Positions 19,854 to 29,169 of a stretch of 32,000 nucleotides of DNA are shown here, in pieces. The stretch is from Pelorhabdus rhamnosifermentans (lineage in GTDB: Bacteria; Bacillota; Negativicutes; UMGS1260). The translations under genes and the position numbers were made by a program. The notes under the pieces were generated by a model. The model saw only the letters and a program-made list of their open reading frames with translations, did no database searches and was not told the DNA's origin. The stretch lies in assembly GCF_018835585.1 (NCBI RefSeq), contig NZ_JAHGVE010000006.1, forward strand, positions 71,825 through 103,824. The letters are read 5' to 3'. How positions within the stretch are numbered: position 1 is the first letter of the stretch; every line of letters begins with the position of its first letter.

Positions 19854-22112
19854 CTAAAACATCAATATATCCGTCGATACCGTCACTTCCTTTGCATCTT
19901 TTAAGCCAAACTTCGAATCATAGAAACTGGGATCTGTCATAATTTTTATAAAATCGCCAATCGATTTGATTACACCTTCCTTCTCTAAAGCAGCCAACTC
20001 ATATTGATAAATTTGAACTACATAAGGTTGAAGACGTCGTACCATGCTAGCCGGAAAAGGATGATATTCAGTTTCTTCTATCAGTTGCTCAGCACGACTA
20101 TCCCAGGATACAACAACGGGAATTGTCTCACTGTCAATAAGCTGAAAGTTCTTGGCAATCGTTGCAAAAGGGAATGCCAAATCATCAGCTCCAGCTTGAA
20201 TCATGGGGAGTATTCCCTGCATATCAAGATTACCCCGTTCAAAATCAAATAATTGCCGAAAGTAATCCTCAATAGCCTCCAGCGATAGTAATTCACCATC
20301 TAATTCCTGTAGACGCCGCGCTGTACTGCGAGTCAAACCCGCAACAGAAGCAAACCTCCCTTTTTTAGGCATTCCATGCGGTTCAGGATCAAACACAATG
20401 ACCTGACCTGTCGAACGTCGTCCCTCACGATTACATCGTCCAGCTGCTTGAGCAATAGAATCAATTCCTGCCGCCGCACGATAAACAACAGGAAAATCAA
20501 CATCCACTCCCGCTTCAATAAGCTGAGTCGATACTACCCGGCAAACTTCACCAGCTTTAAGTGCCCGGCGTATCTCTGTTAAAACTAATTTACGATGTGC
20601 GGAACACATGCGCGCCGACAAATGGTAAGCTCCTTGCTGACTTTTTTCATATAACCGATTAAATAACAGTCGGGCATGTCGACGAGTATTGACAATTGTA
20701 AGCACCTGTGTCTGTTCAGCCATTGCTGCAGCTAAATTCTCATCAGACATTTCACTGCCATATTGAACAGTTACACGCTTAAAAATCTTTTGAAGATCTG
20801 CAGGGTCCTCCATAATTTCTACCGGCTCTAAATTTCCAGGAAGCAAATGATTAATAGCCGGTTGTGTCGCCGTACACAATACCACAGTCGCACCATAATT
20901 TAAAACTAATTCTGCCAATGCCCATAAGCAAGGCTTCATATATTCAAGTGGCATCATCTGGGCCTCATCTAATATAATCACACTATTAGCGATGTTATGC
21001 AGTTTTCGGCACCGCGAACCTTTATTGGCATAGAGAGATTCAAAAAATTGCACAGCTGTAGTAACAACAACAGGCATGTCCCAGTTTTCTGAAGCTAAGC
21101 GATGGCTTTTCTCATATGCATCCCAATCATCAAATGATCCTTCAGGATACTCAAAGTTGCTATGATGCTCAAGAACAACGTTATCATGCAACTCTTCGTC
21201 TTCTAGCGCCTCTCGAAAAATCTCAGCATTCTGTTCAATAATACCGGTATAGGGAATCACATAAATGACACGATCCCTATGATATTTAACCGCATGTTTC
21301 ATACCAAAAGCTAGCGATGAATAGGTTTTTCCCCCTCCAGTCGGTACCGTTAAAGTAAAAAGGCCGGGCTTAACATCTGCCATTTCCAAACATCTTGCCT
21401 GAATGGCCTGCCTTGCAGTATTAATAACTGAAGGATTTTTACGATTATGTTCGGCTAAAGACTCCAACTTCTTTTCTAGCCGTCCAAAAAGTGTTCTCAT
21501 CGATATAGGATTGGGCCGATTCATATACTTTTTCACATTCATAAATTGTTCGGTATCTAAATAATCCGCATCGACTAAGCAAGAATATAGCATACGAATA
21601 CAAAAAGAAAAGCTGAAAGCCGACATAGTAGAATCCCTTGCATGAGGCATACCTGCAAAATCCTGATTAGTTAAATTTGGTATTACAATTTCATTGCAAA
21701 ATACATGATAATCAGGAATATCCGTATTAACAAGCCGTTCCGGAAGATTTCTCAAAGCACCTTTATTTCCATCGGGTAATCCACCATGATGCCCAGCAAT
21801 AGTAAATGCCAAGGCACGGCCAATCTTATTACCAAATCTTCGATACACTTCCTGCGCCCCAGCTGTAGTATGATCGACTTTTCCAGATGAACCTTCCAGC
21901 CGTTTTTGAAATTTCTTTGAGTATTTACCAATATCATGTGACAAGCCTATGATTTCTCCCAATTTCCCTGCCCCAAATTTCGCTGCCCGCTCTTCTGTCA
22001 TTTGAGAAACTGCATCAAGATGACTTTTTAACAATTGCCATTCCTCTTTAGGTAAAACTTTTTTCGCCATCAGATCTTCTTTGGTGTGTCCGTAATATAT
22101 CACTATAATCAT
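19854..22112 (-). CDS. cas3: Cas3 HD nuclease / SF2 helicase
   Basis: 752 aa. HD-domain motifs LSHDIGKYS and IAGHHGG. Helicase motif I is TVPTGGGKT, motif II is ILDEAQMM, and later motifs are CTATQP, VSTQLIEAGVD and QAAGRCNREG. Confidence 0.9.
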   Translation of the reverse strand: MIIVIYYGHTKEDLMAKKVLPKEEWQLLKSHLDAVSQMTEERAAKFGAGKLGEIIGLSHDIGKYSKKFQKRLEGSSGKVDHTTAGAQEVYRRFGNKIGRALAFTIAGHHGGLPDGNKGALRNLPERLVNTDIPDYHVFCNEIVIPNLTNQDFAGMPHARDSTMSAFSFSFCIRMLYSCLVDADYLDTEQFMNVKKYMNRPNPISMRTLFGRLEKKLESLAEHNRKNPSVINTARQAIQARCLEMADVKPGLFTLTVPTGGGKTYSSLAFGMKHAVKYHRDRVIYVIPYTGIIEQNAEIFREALEDEELHDNVVLEHHSNFEYPEGSFDDWDAYEKSHRLASENWDMPVVVTTAVQFFESLYANKGSRCRKLHNIANSVIILDEAQMMPLEYMKPCLWALAELVLNYGATVVLCTATQPAINHLLPGNLEPVEIMEDPADLQKIFKRVTVQYGSEMSDENLAAAMAEQTQVLTIVNTRRHARLLFNRLYEKSQQGAYHLSARMCSAHRKLVLTEIRRALKAGEVCRVVSTQLIEAGVDVDFPVVYRAAAGIDSIAQAAGRCNREGRRSTGQVIVFDPEPHGMPKKGRFASVAGLTRSTARRLQELDGELLSLEAIEDYFRQLFDFERGNLDMQGILPMIQAGADDLAFPFATIAKNFQLIDSETIPVVVSWDSRAEQLIEETEYHPFPASMVRRLQPYVVQIYQYELAALEKEGVIKSIGDFIKIMTDPSFYDSKFGLKDAKEVTVSTDILMF

Positions 22113-22450
22113 CGCCTTTAACCAGAATACAATGTATAACTAGCAGTATCTTCAAGCAACATTTATTTAAGTGAATCAGCATCCACTCTTTTAAGTAGTT
22201 TCAACACAAGACATAATATCACATGTCAGGATGCTGCTAATGCATGTTTAAATAATTAGCCACAATAAATAATTTGTAACTTCTTAGATTAACCAAGACT
22301 TCTTATCCTCTATAACAAGTCCATCATATGGCAATAAAAATTTTTGTATCCATTAGACAATCTTTTCCCTTTTAAAGTAATCTTCGCATTTTTACACAAT
22401 TTTCCTCTTTTATCCGTCAACATCTTACAATAAAATTCCACATTCGTAAC

Positions 22451-22500
22451 TTTATAAAGAAGAAAGAGAACTGACACGCTGCTGTCAGTCCTCTTTCTTC
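22451..22500 (-). terminator. Rho-independent terminator at the end of the four-gene jet-like operon (overlaps the jetD stop codon)
   Basis: On the minus strand, GAAGAAAGAGGACTGACA-gcagcg-TGTCAGTTCTCTTTCTTC forms an 18-bp stem (one G-U pair) followed by TTTATAAA. It separates this operon from the cas3 promoter region. Confidence 0.6.
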
Positions 22501-23822
22501 TTTTGATTAATTTTTTGCATATCCTCACTCAACGATTCCACCAAAGCCTCCTGGTAACCTGCTAACTTCAATCGACGCATCTCTGCAACAACCTCCGCAA
22601 GTTCCGGATGGTAAACCGAATCCAGTTTTTTAATCCGCCTATCGTCAAGTTTTACCTGAGACAAACTAATAGCATAATCTGCCAGTCCGTAATGCCAAAA
22701 ATGCGCTTGATCCGGATAGCGTTCAACCAGTTTTTGAGCGATTAGTAAGCCTTCGGGATCAAAATCGCCGGAATACCGAACGGAGCAGCCTGCAGCAGCC
22801 AACCGTTCCACCGCCGCCCAGGAGGCCAGCTTAAACTGGCCGTGTGTACAAAGCAGCGGCGGCAAAAATCCCGTCTGTTGATAAAATAAATCCAGCAACG
22901 ACGAAAACACGCCGGAATTCTCTACAATAAAAACAGGACCACCGCACTTGAGCGCACCGTACAGATAGCGGCACTTCAACAACTCACGCAACGGCATATT
23001 GAGCATCGAACCATTCTCCCAGGCCTGCCTGAGATAAGGAAGCTCCTGCTTCTTATCCGCATCAGTAGCTGCCGCCAGTCCGGCACAAGTAATAAAATTC
23101 AAGACATCGTCTCGTAACAGTCCAAACGCATAGAGCCGCTCATTTTCTTCCTCTACGGCCGACTTATCATCTTGCGCCTGCCTACCTGAAAGTACTTTTA
23201 GCGCATCAAGCAGCCATTTCCCCGCTGGGGTCTGACTGTCAAAAACATGTGGATTACCGCAAATCCGCCGTGCAAATACCGACAGTCTTTCGTATTGAAC
23301 AGGCAGTTCCGTTAATGCACGCAGTACCAAATGAACATTTTCCTTAAAATGATGAACGTCATGCTCTAACGCCAAATGAACCGCCCGTGTACCAACCTGT
23401 CTGTCCCTCACCGCCTCCAGCCAAACCGGACAAAGCCCCTTTCGATATTGACTGCATAAATCCTGCCAGAATTGCCGCCGGAACTGAGCAGCCGCCTCCG
23501 CTTGTTCCGCCTTGCTGACCAACGAAGCACCACATAGATTTCCAAGTAACTCCAAAATATCAACACCTGAAAATCTTGTCTTTTCCAAAGCCTGAACAAA
23601 TTGTTCAAACCCAATCGACGCTTTTTGTCCAGTCTGATAGGAACGGCGAAAAAAAGCCGTAAAGGCACCTGCCTCTTCATGGCTCAAATTTGTTAAGACA
23701 ACCGTACCCCCCAGACGCCCGATACTGCAATATTTTTTTGCCAAAAGCGGGACAAGCCGGGAAAAACCAGCTTCCTGCCGGAAATAGCGAATAGCTTCGG
23801 CCAGTGCATCAGCCATCTTCAT
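22485..23822 (-). CDS. jetD: JetD-like protein (Wadjet type II; DUF2399/TIGR02679-like) with a C-terminal Toprim-type nuclease domain
   Basis: 445 aa. The C-terminal third carries GPVFIVENSGVF (Toprim acidic Glu) and, about 60 aa later, VRYSGDFDPEGLLIAQ (DxD). The start ATG overlaps the jetC end by 14 nt. The family assignment comes from motifs, size and gene order, not from a search. Confidence 0.7.
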   Translation of the reverse strand: MKMADALAEAIRYFRQEAGFSRLVPLLAKKYCSIGRLGGTVVLTNLSHEEAGAFTAFFRRSYQTGQKASIGFEQFVQALEKTRFSGVDILELLGNLCGASLVSKAEQAEAAAQFRRQFWQDLCSQYRKGLCPVWLEAVRDRQVGTRAVHLALEHDVHHFKENVHLVLRALTELPVQYERLSVFARRICGNPHVFDSQTPAGKWLLDALKVLSGRQAQDDKSAVEEENERLYAFGLLRDDVLNFITCAGLAAATDADKKQELPYLRQAWENGSMLNMPLRELLKCRYLYGALKCGGPVFIVENSGVFSSLLDLFYQQTGFLPPLLCTHGQFKLASWAAVERLAAAGCSVRYSGDFDPEGLLIAQKLVERYPDQAHFWHYGLADYAISLSQVKLDDRRIKKLDSVYHPELAEVVAEMRRLKLAGYQEALVESLSEDMQKINQKKKED

Positions 23823-26800
23823 TTACCGCCAAACTACGCGTTTTTCCATCCCACAAATAAGGAACAAGTGTAACAAACGGAGCATTTTTCGGACGAACAA
23901 GTTCATAAATAGCCAGCCGCGACACTGTGTCATAATCGCCCCACAGTGACTGAGAATTCATAATATAGTTAAAGCCGAGTTTTTCCACCAGATCAAACAT
24001 TTCTTTGATGTTATTTTCATCGACCCCGGCAAAAGCCTCATCCAAAGAAATGATATACGGTGCATCGTCTCTGGCTCCTTGATATTGGGAATACGCTGCC
24101 GAAAACAGTGGAACATACATAGCCATCGCTTTTTCGCCGCCGCTAAATTTGCCGAATGCACTATTGGTCAGTTCCTTTTTAGGTGAATCGCCACGCCGAT
24201 AATACAGAGTAAAAGTAAACCAGCGCCGAAAATCCAAAACTTCCTGAATAGCCCTTTGAAAAGTTACAACTTGCCCCACAGCGGCCGCCTTAGCTTGATC
24301 AATGCGGGAACGGAAATGTGCAATAAGCTTATTCATATCCTCTTCTTTAAGCAGCCGATGATCACTGCGCAATAATTCGACAAGTTCCTCCGTATCCAGC
24401 TGTTCATCGTTATCCGCTGTCAGCGGCCGCCAACGGAGAGAAAAACTCAAATTGCTTGATGTATCCAGCTTCGACATCAAATCATTCATCTTACCGGCCC
24501 ATAACTCAGCATTTTGAATCCGCTTACTGATCACGCGACCAATGCTGTTCAAAATAACTTCTTCATAAAGCTCCCGGTCCTGTTGAGATTGAATCAGCTT
24601 CTGCATTTCAATCTGCTTGTCCATCAGACTCAAGGCAACGGCAGGTGCTGCTTTACGGCTGTCATATTCCAGCAAAATACGTTGGCGGCGCATGTTCTGC
24701 CGTAACGAAGCGACGTAAAGCGCTAAATTCTCATCTTCCACACCCGTCAGTTTTTCAGGAAGAACCGTATCGGAAAAAATCTCATCCAGTGTCAGCCGGT
24801 ATTCCATAAGTACCGACAACTCACGGTAAAAACTTTCACTGATCCTAGTAGTGGCTTTGTCCCTATCATCATTTTTCAGCACAGAGCCATGCTGCTTAAG
24901 CACTTCCGCCGCCGTAAGCGTTTCACCGCCGTCAATCAAATGAAGCTGCGCTTCCTGATCAAAGGCCTGCTGCCAAACGGTAACGATTTCAGTAAAAAAT
25001 TCACACTCGGCAGCAAGCTGAGAGGCCGTAACCGCAAGCTGCTCGGCCGCCAGTTCTGTGCGCGCACGTTCTTCTGCCAGCTGCTTAATCTCTGTCGGCA
25101 GCTCCCCCAACCGCCTGATCACAAAATTACTGCGTTCCATAATTTTTTCAGCACCAAGATCAGCCAAGCGCTGCGTAAAATTTTCAAGTTGCAGTTGCTT
25201 GGTTTTGACGTTTCCTTCAAGAACCAGTTGTTCTCCTCTTAAACGGTCCACATCCGCCTGGTTTTCAGCCAGACGGATTTTACTCTGATCCAAATTTTTG
25301 CAGTCAGCCTGAAACCGTTGATGCGTAAGTTCCAGTTGATGTAAAAATCTCTCATACTCCCGCAGACTCGCCAAAGCGGCCTCGAATAATTCTTCCTGAA
25401 GGAGCAGTGAAATATCCCCGGCCTGCTGCTTAATCAGGGCGGACAAAGAACGACTCTTGTCAACAGCAGCGCGATAACGCGCATCTTTCTTATGCAAATC
25501 TTCGTCACGGACCTGACTGTTCTGCCTTTTCTCCCTCAGTTGATCATAAACTGCCAAAACCCCGTCTGGTGCCGGTAGCCCAGCCCGAGCGGCCTGCAAA
25601 TGGTCGATGGCATCCTGTACAAAACGCCTGTCAGTGGCAAGTTGGCTCAAAGTACAGTCATAAGCAGCCAGTTCTTCCTCTAACCGTTCAATTTCCCGCA
25701 ACCGGTACTGATGTCGGGCTTCAAAACCAATAAATTTAGCCTCATCCTGCAAAGGAGCCCGGCCTGTCACAAGACCACTACAATAAGACCCGTAAGAAAC
25801 AGATAAAACAGGTACACTACCTGCATCTGATAAATAATTGATAGTATCATCAATTAAAATACTGCGTAACACTTCATCAACATCACCAGCCGTCACTCCC
25901 GCCGAACCGGATAAAGCGGGTTCCAAATAATCAGCCAGCGTAGCGGAAAGTATGGCCGGCTCAGGGTGAATCACCTGATCGTACACGTCTTTGTCCAGAC
26001 TCTTCCAGGCCGAATGAGGCACAATCAAAGCATCAAGCAGTCCCATTTCCGTCAGAGCAGCTTCAATTCGCTCACGTTGCTTGGGCTGTACATGATGCTG
26101 AAATTCCACAGCCGCATAAAAAGGTACCGCCGGAATATGATCCTCAGCAAGTTTTTGCCGCGCTTCCATAACAGCAGCCGGACGGAATGGTTCAGGGTCT
26201 TTTTTACCCTTCCAGTCGGCAAGTTCCGCTTGCAGCACCTGTTTTTCAGACTCCGCCTGCTCCATTTTCTGCTGCAACCGGTGGCTTTCCGTAAGATGCT
26301 GCCCATACTGACGCTGATAGGCAACATCAACAGACTGGAGGACATCCTGCCAGGAAGATTCTTCCGGCAAATTCTGCAAGGCTAAGGTGGCACTGCGGAT
26401 TTCCTCCGCTTCCATGGGTAACACCGTCTGTTCTTCTTTCACCCATTGATAAAACCGCCCCAGTAATTCCTCTTTGGCTGTAAACAGTGCTGTTTCAGCC
26501 TGGCGGACAGCCTCACGGGCTTCATCAAAAGCCTGCCTGGCTTCATCCGCTTCTTTCCCGGCAAATTCCTGCTGTTTTTTTGCAGCTGTCAGATTCCGCA
26601 GTTGGCCTAAGATACGGTTGAGTTTTTGCTGATAACCAGTTAGTTCCTGCTTCCACAGTTTAAAAGAATATTTTTGTCCGTAAGATCGTTCAAATTCCCG
26701 CACAGCAGACGCATGACCCTGATAAGTCCCTTCCGATGCCAGTCCGCCAAGATCCTCCATGCACTCCAGCATCTCATTCTCGGCAGCATCCACAGCCTGT

Positions 26801-27957
26801 TCGGCCGCCGCCATTTGCTGCTTTTCACGCTGTTCACTCCGTTGTTTCTCCTGCAGCCGTTGTCCATTTTGAGTCAGCGAATGATTCAAAGCCCTTACCT
26901 CTTCCGCGACTGACTGCTTTTGTTTCTCCATTTTGAACACATCATGATCCTTGAGCTCTGTTTCTTCCTGACGCAAAACAGCTTCCAGCCGCTCCAGCGC
27001 AGTAAGATCTTCAGCAAGCTCATGACATCGGCTGACTTTTTCCTGCTGTTCTTTCAAACAAGTACGACGGGACTGTTCGGAACGATTGAACCGCTGCGAG
27101 GCCCGGGTGAGTTCATCGGCCTTCTGAACCAAAATAAACAGATTATAAGCATCGTACTGGCGGCTCAGCCGTTGCAAAGCACTGCGGTCCCGCTCCAATT
27201 GATCGATTTGCTGTTTTGTCTGCTCAATGTTTTCAATAACATCCGATAAGGGTCTCAGTTCTTCTTCCGTTAATGTCGGCAACGAATCCGTCAATATTTC
27301 ATGAATGACACTGGGTTTAAAATCCTTGGACAACTTCGGACTGCGCAGTTGAATCAAAAGTTCCATCAAATCTTTATAAGCATCCAATGAAGAAAAGCCA
27401 AAAACATATTTATTAACGAGATTCATATACTCACGCTGACTGCGAACAACCTGACCGCCTGTACCAATCAGCCGCTCCAACTCCGGACGGGTTAAAGGGA
27501 TCTTTTCTTCCTTGCCGTCCACCGCGCTATATTCTGTTTTATACAGCAAAAGATCCCGATTCACCCGCCGGCTGTCTGTCACGATAAAGCCCCAAAAATC
27601 CAGTGCTGATCCGCGTTTAGCCCGCAGACCAATACCTGTTGTCACATACTGATCGCTATTTTGCCGCTTATATTCCAAATAAAGATAGCCTGTCCGCTCC
27701 TCGCGGTCCACCACATCCCGTTCTCCCAATAAATAATCCTCCATCCGCCTGTCACGTGAGCCGAAAGGGTCCAGGCGGTTAGCGGAAATTTTGCCGTCAA
27801 GCAGCACCGTAACCAGACTCTGCATGGTTACCGATTTACCCGAACCATTTAAACCGCGCAATAACAATTTGCCAGCGGAAAATTGGAATTCTCCCTGATC
27901 GTAGTACCAAAAATTAAACAACCCGGCCCGATTGATTTGCCATTTATTCATTCCCAT
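23809..27957 (-). CDS. jetC: JetC-like SMC/Rad50-family ATPase (Wadjet type II; TIGR02680-like), about 1382 aa
   Basis: N-terminal Walker A LRGLNGSGKSVTMQS (GLNGSGKS = nt 27832-27855). A central region of roughly 900-1000 aa is rich in E/Q/L/R/A heptad-like coiled coil. The C-terminus has FGKFSGGEKAMAMYVPLF (signature-like) and APYIISLDEAFAGVDENN (Walker B / D-loop). I chose the ATG at 27957 (GGAGTGG 6 nt upstream). The track's 38 extra codons overlap jetB. Confidence 0.8.
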   Translation of the reverse strand: MGMNKWQINRAGLFNFWYYDQGEFQFSAGKLLLRGLNGSGKSVTMQSLVTVLLDGKISANRLDPFGSRDRRMEDYLLGERDVVDREERTGYLYLEYKRQNSDQYVTTGIGLRAKRGSALDFWGFIVTDSRRVNRDLLLYKTEYSAVDGKEEKIPLTRPELERLIGTGGQVVRSQREYMNLVNKYVFGFSSLDAYKDLMELLIQLRSPKLSKDFKPSVIHEILTDSLPTLTEEELRPLSDVIENIEQTKQQIDQLERDRSALQRLSRQYDAYNLFILVQKADELTRASQRFNRSEQSRRTCLKEQQEKVSRCHELAEDLTALERLEAVLRQEETELKDHDVFKMEKQKQSVAEEVRALNHSLTQNGQRLQEKQRSEQREKQQMAAAEQAVDAAENEMLECMEDLGGLASEGTYQGHASAVREFERSYGQKYSFKLWKQELTGYQQKLNRILGQLRNLTAAKKQQEFAGKEADEARQAFDEAREAVRQAETALFTAKEELLGRFYQWVKEEQTVLPMEAEEIRSATLALQNLPEESSWQDVLQSVDVAYQRQYGQHLTESHRLQQKMEQAESEKQVLQAELADWKGKKDPEPFRPAAVMEARQKLAEDHIPAVPFYAAVEFQHHVQPKQRERIEAALTEMGLLDALIVPHSAWKSLDKDVYDQVIHPEPAILSATLADYLEPALSGSAGVTAGDVDEVLRSILIDDTINYLSDAGSVPVLSVSYGSYCSGLVTGRAPLQDEAKFIGFEARHQYRLREIERLEEELAAYDCTLSQLATDRRFVQDAIDHLQAARAGLPAPDGVLAVYDQLREKRQNSQVRDEDLHKKDARYRAAVDKSRSLSALIKQQAGDISLLLQEELFEAALASLREYERFLHQLELTHQRFQADCKNLDQSKIRLAENQADVDRLRGEQLVLEGNVKTKQLQLENFTQRLADLGAEKIMERSNFVIRRLGELPTEIKQLAEERARTELAAEQLAVTASQLAAECEFFTEIVTVWQQAFDQEAQLHLIDGGETLTAAEVLKQHGSVLKNDDRDKATTRISESFYRELSVLMEYRLTLDEIFSDTVLPEKLTGVEDENLALYVASLRQNMRRQRILLEYDSRKAAPAVALSLMDKQIEMQKLIQSQQDRELYEEVILNSIGRVISKRIQNAELWAGKMNDLMSKLDTSSNLSFSLRWRPLTADNDEQLDTEELVELLRSDHRLLKEEDMNKLIAHFRSRIDQAKAAAVGQVVTFQRAIQEVLDFRRWFTFTLYYRRGDSPKKELTNSAFGKFSGGEKAMAMYVPLFSAAYSQYQGARDDAPYIISLDEAFAGVDENNIKEMFDLVEKLGFNYIMNSQSLWGDYDTVSRLAIYELVRPKNAPFVTLVPYLWDGKTRSLAVNEDG

Positions 27958-29155
27958 GCCCGTCCACTCCCTGTCGATAATCTTTTGGATATTGCCCCAC
28001 GGCCCGTGCCAGAGAAGGACGCAAACAAACCATGCCTGTTTCTTCCTCAATATGAGCAAACTTCCACTCAACGAGTTCCTGAAGAACTTGCTGTGATAAT
28101 TTAGCTAACGACCATGTGCGCACTTCCTTGCTCCAGCCATGATCGGTCTGTTCTTTGCAAAGAAGCAGCAGCCGCTCAAATTCAGCAGGCGTCAAAATCA
28201 CCCGGCCTTCCGTTGTCGGCACATTCACGCCATCTTCTACCGTGGCCCGAACATAGCGGGCAAAGTGAAGCAGCACATCAGATACAGCCCGCTGATCAGG
28301 AAACACGGTCGCAAAAACCCGTTTTTCCGGTAAGGTAAGCATGGCCACCTGTTCATATAATTCAAACGCAAACAACGTATGAGCAGCAATATCATCGAGC
28401 AGACGATTGCGCCGATTGCGCAAATACAAAAAGTCGTCCTCCTGAGCCTCCCCCTTATCATAAGAAGGCGTCAATAACAATTGACGATAAATACGATTAC
28501 GGCGCGTCCGGCCGGTTTTCTGATTCTCATCATCGGCCCGTTCGGCTTGAATCAGTTCATTCTTATCGGCATACTGAAATAAATCCTTGGGATAAGAACG
28601 CAGAAAATAGCGGGACAGACTCGGCACCTCAAACAATACTTCCTGTTCCTGACTGCCGGAAAAACCGCCTATTTCTCCGTCCACCCGGCTCAAGATAGCC
28701 TGATCACAGGCAAAACTCAAGACACGAACAAGAGTCCGGCGCCATTCATAACTTTCCCAGTTGATTTCCGAGTCGTCCGTCTCATCGTTAACCGGATACA
28801 AGACAGGTAACGCCTCACACAAATCGCTCAGCAGAAACTGTTCATCAATACTTTTATTTTCAAGATACGCCAGCAGACAACACAGCAAGGCATAGTCCCG
28901 GGGTTTTTCCAATTCGGAAAAGCCCATCCAGCTTTCGGCTTGATCCGGAATTTTTTCAAGTTTGGCAAAATCCTTATGAACCAAGAGATAAAAACCGCAT
29001 TTATCGAAAAAGTAATTGCGCAGCATCTGTTCCCGCTCACGAATTTGCTGATACAGTTCAGGCTCCCTGTCCCGAATCACCCAATATTTTTCAAGCAATT
29101 GAGCCGCTGTTTCCCGATCCGTATCGTCAAAAGTTAATATTTTTTCCTGTTGCAT
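27944..29155 (-). CDS. jetB: JetB-like protein (Wadjet type II; DUF2398/TIGR02678-like; MksE/KITE-equivalent position)
   Basis: 403 aa. GGAGGGG RBS is present, with a 14-nt gap after jetA and a 14-nt overlap with the jetC start. The assignment rests on size and position in the cassette; I can name no catalytic motif. Confidence 0.55.
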   Translation of the reverse strand: MQQEKILTFDDTDRETAAQLLEKYWVIRDREPELYQQIREREQMLRNYFFDKCGFYLLVHKDFAKLEKIPDQAESWMGFSELEKPRDYALLCCLLAYLENKSIDEQFLLSDLCEALPVLYPVNDETDDSEINWESYEWRRTLVRVLSFACDQAILSRVDGEIGGFSGSQEQEVLFEVPSLSRYFLRSYPKDLFQYADKNELIQAERADDENQKTGRTRRNRIYRQLLLTPSYDKGEAQEDDFLYLRNRRNRLLDDIAAHTLFAFELYEQVAMLTLPEKRVFATVFPDQRAVSDVLLHFARYVRATVEDGVNVPTTEGRVILTPAEFERLLLLCKEQTDHGWSKEVRTWSLAKLSQQVLQELVEWKFAHIEEETGMVCLRPSLARAVGQYPKDYRQGVDGHGNE

Positions 29156-29169
29156 TACGTACCCCTCCG

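Noticed and set aside
22310-22528. 72-aa basic ORF between jetD and cas3
   Set aside because: It has no RBS, overlaps the jetD 3' end and terminator hairpin, and is AT-rich and low-complexity. It is most likely non-coding cas3 promoter DNA.
23958-27249. Numerous 60-140-aa ORFs on both strands inside jetC
   Set aside because: They are shadow ORFs inside a 1382-codon gene with clear ATPase motifs. They have no RBSs and low-complexity composition.
27958-28071. 38-codon N-terminal extension of jetC given by the ORF track (start at 28071)
   Set aside because: It would overlap jetB by 128 nt. An ATG at 27957 with GGAGTGG 6 nt upstream places the Walker A motif about 35 aa from the N-terminus, as in SMC-like heads.
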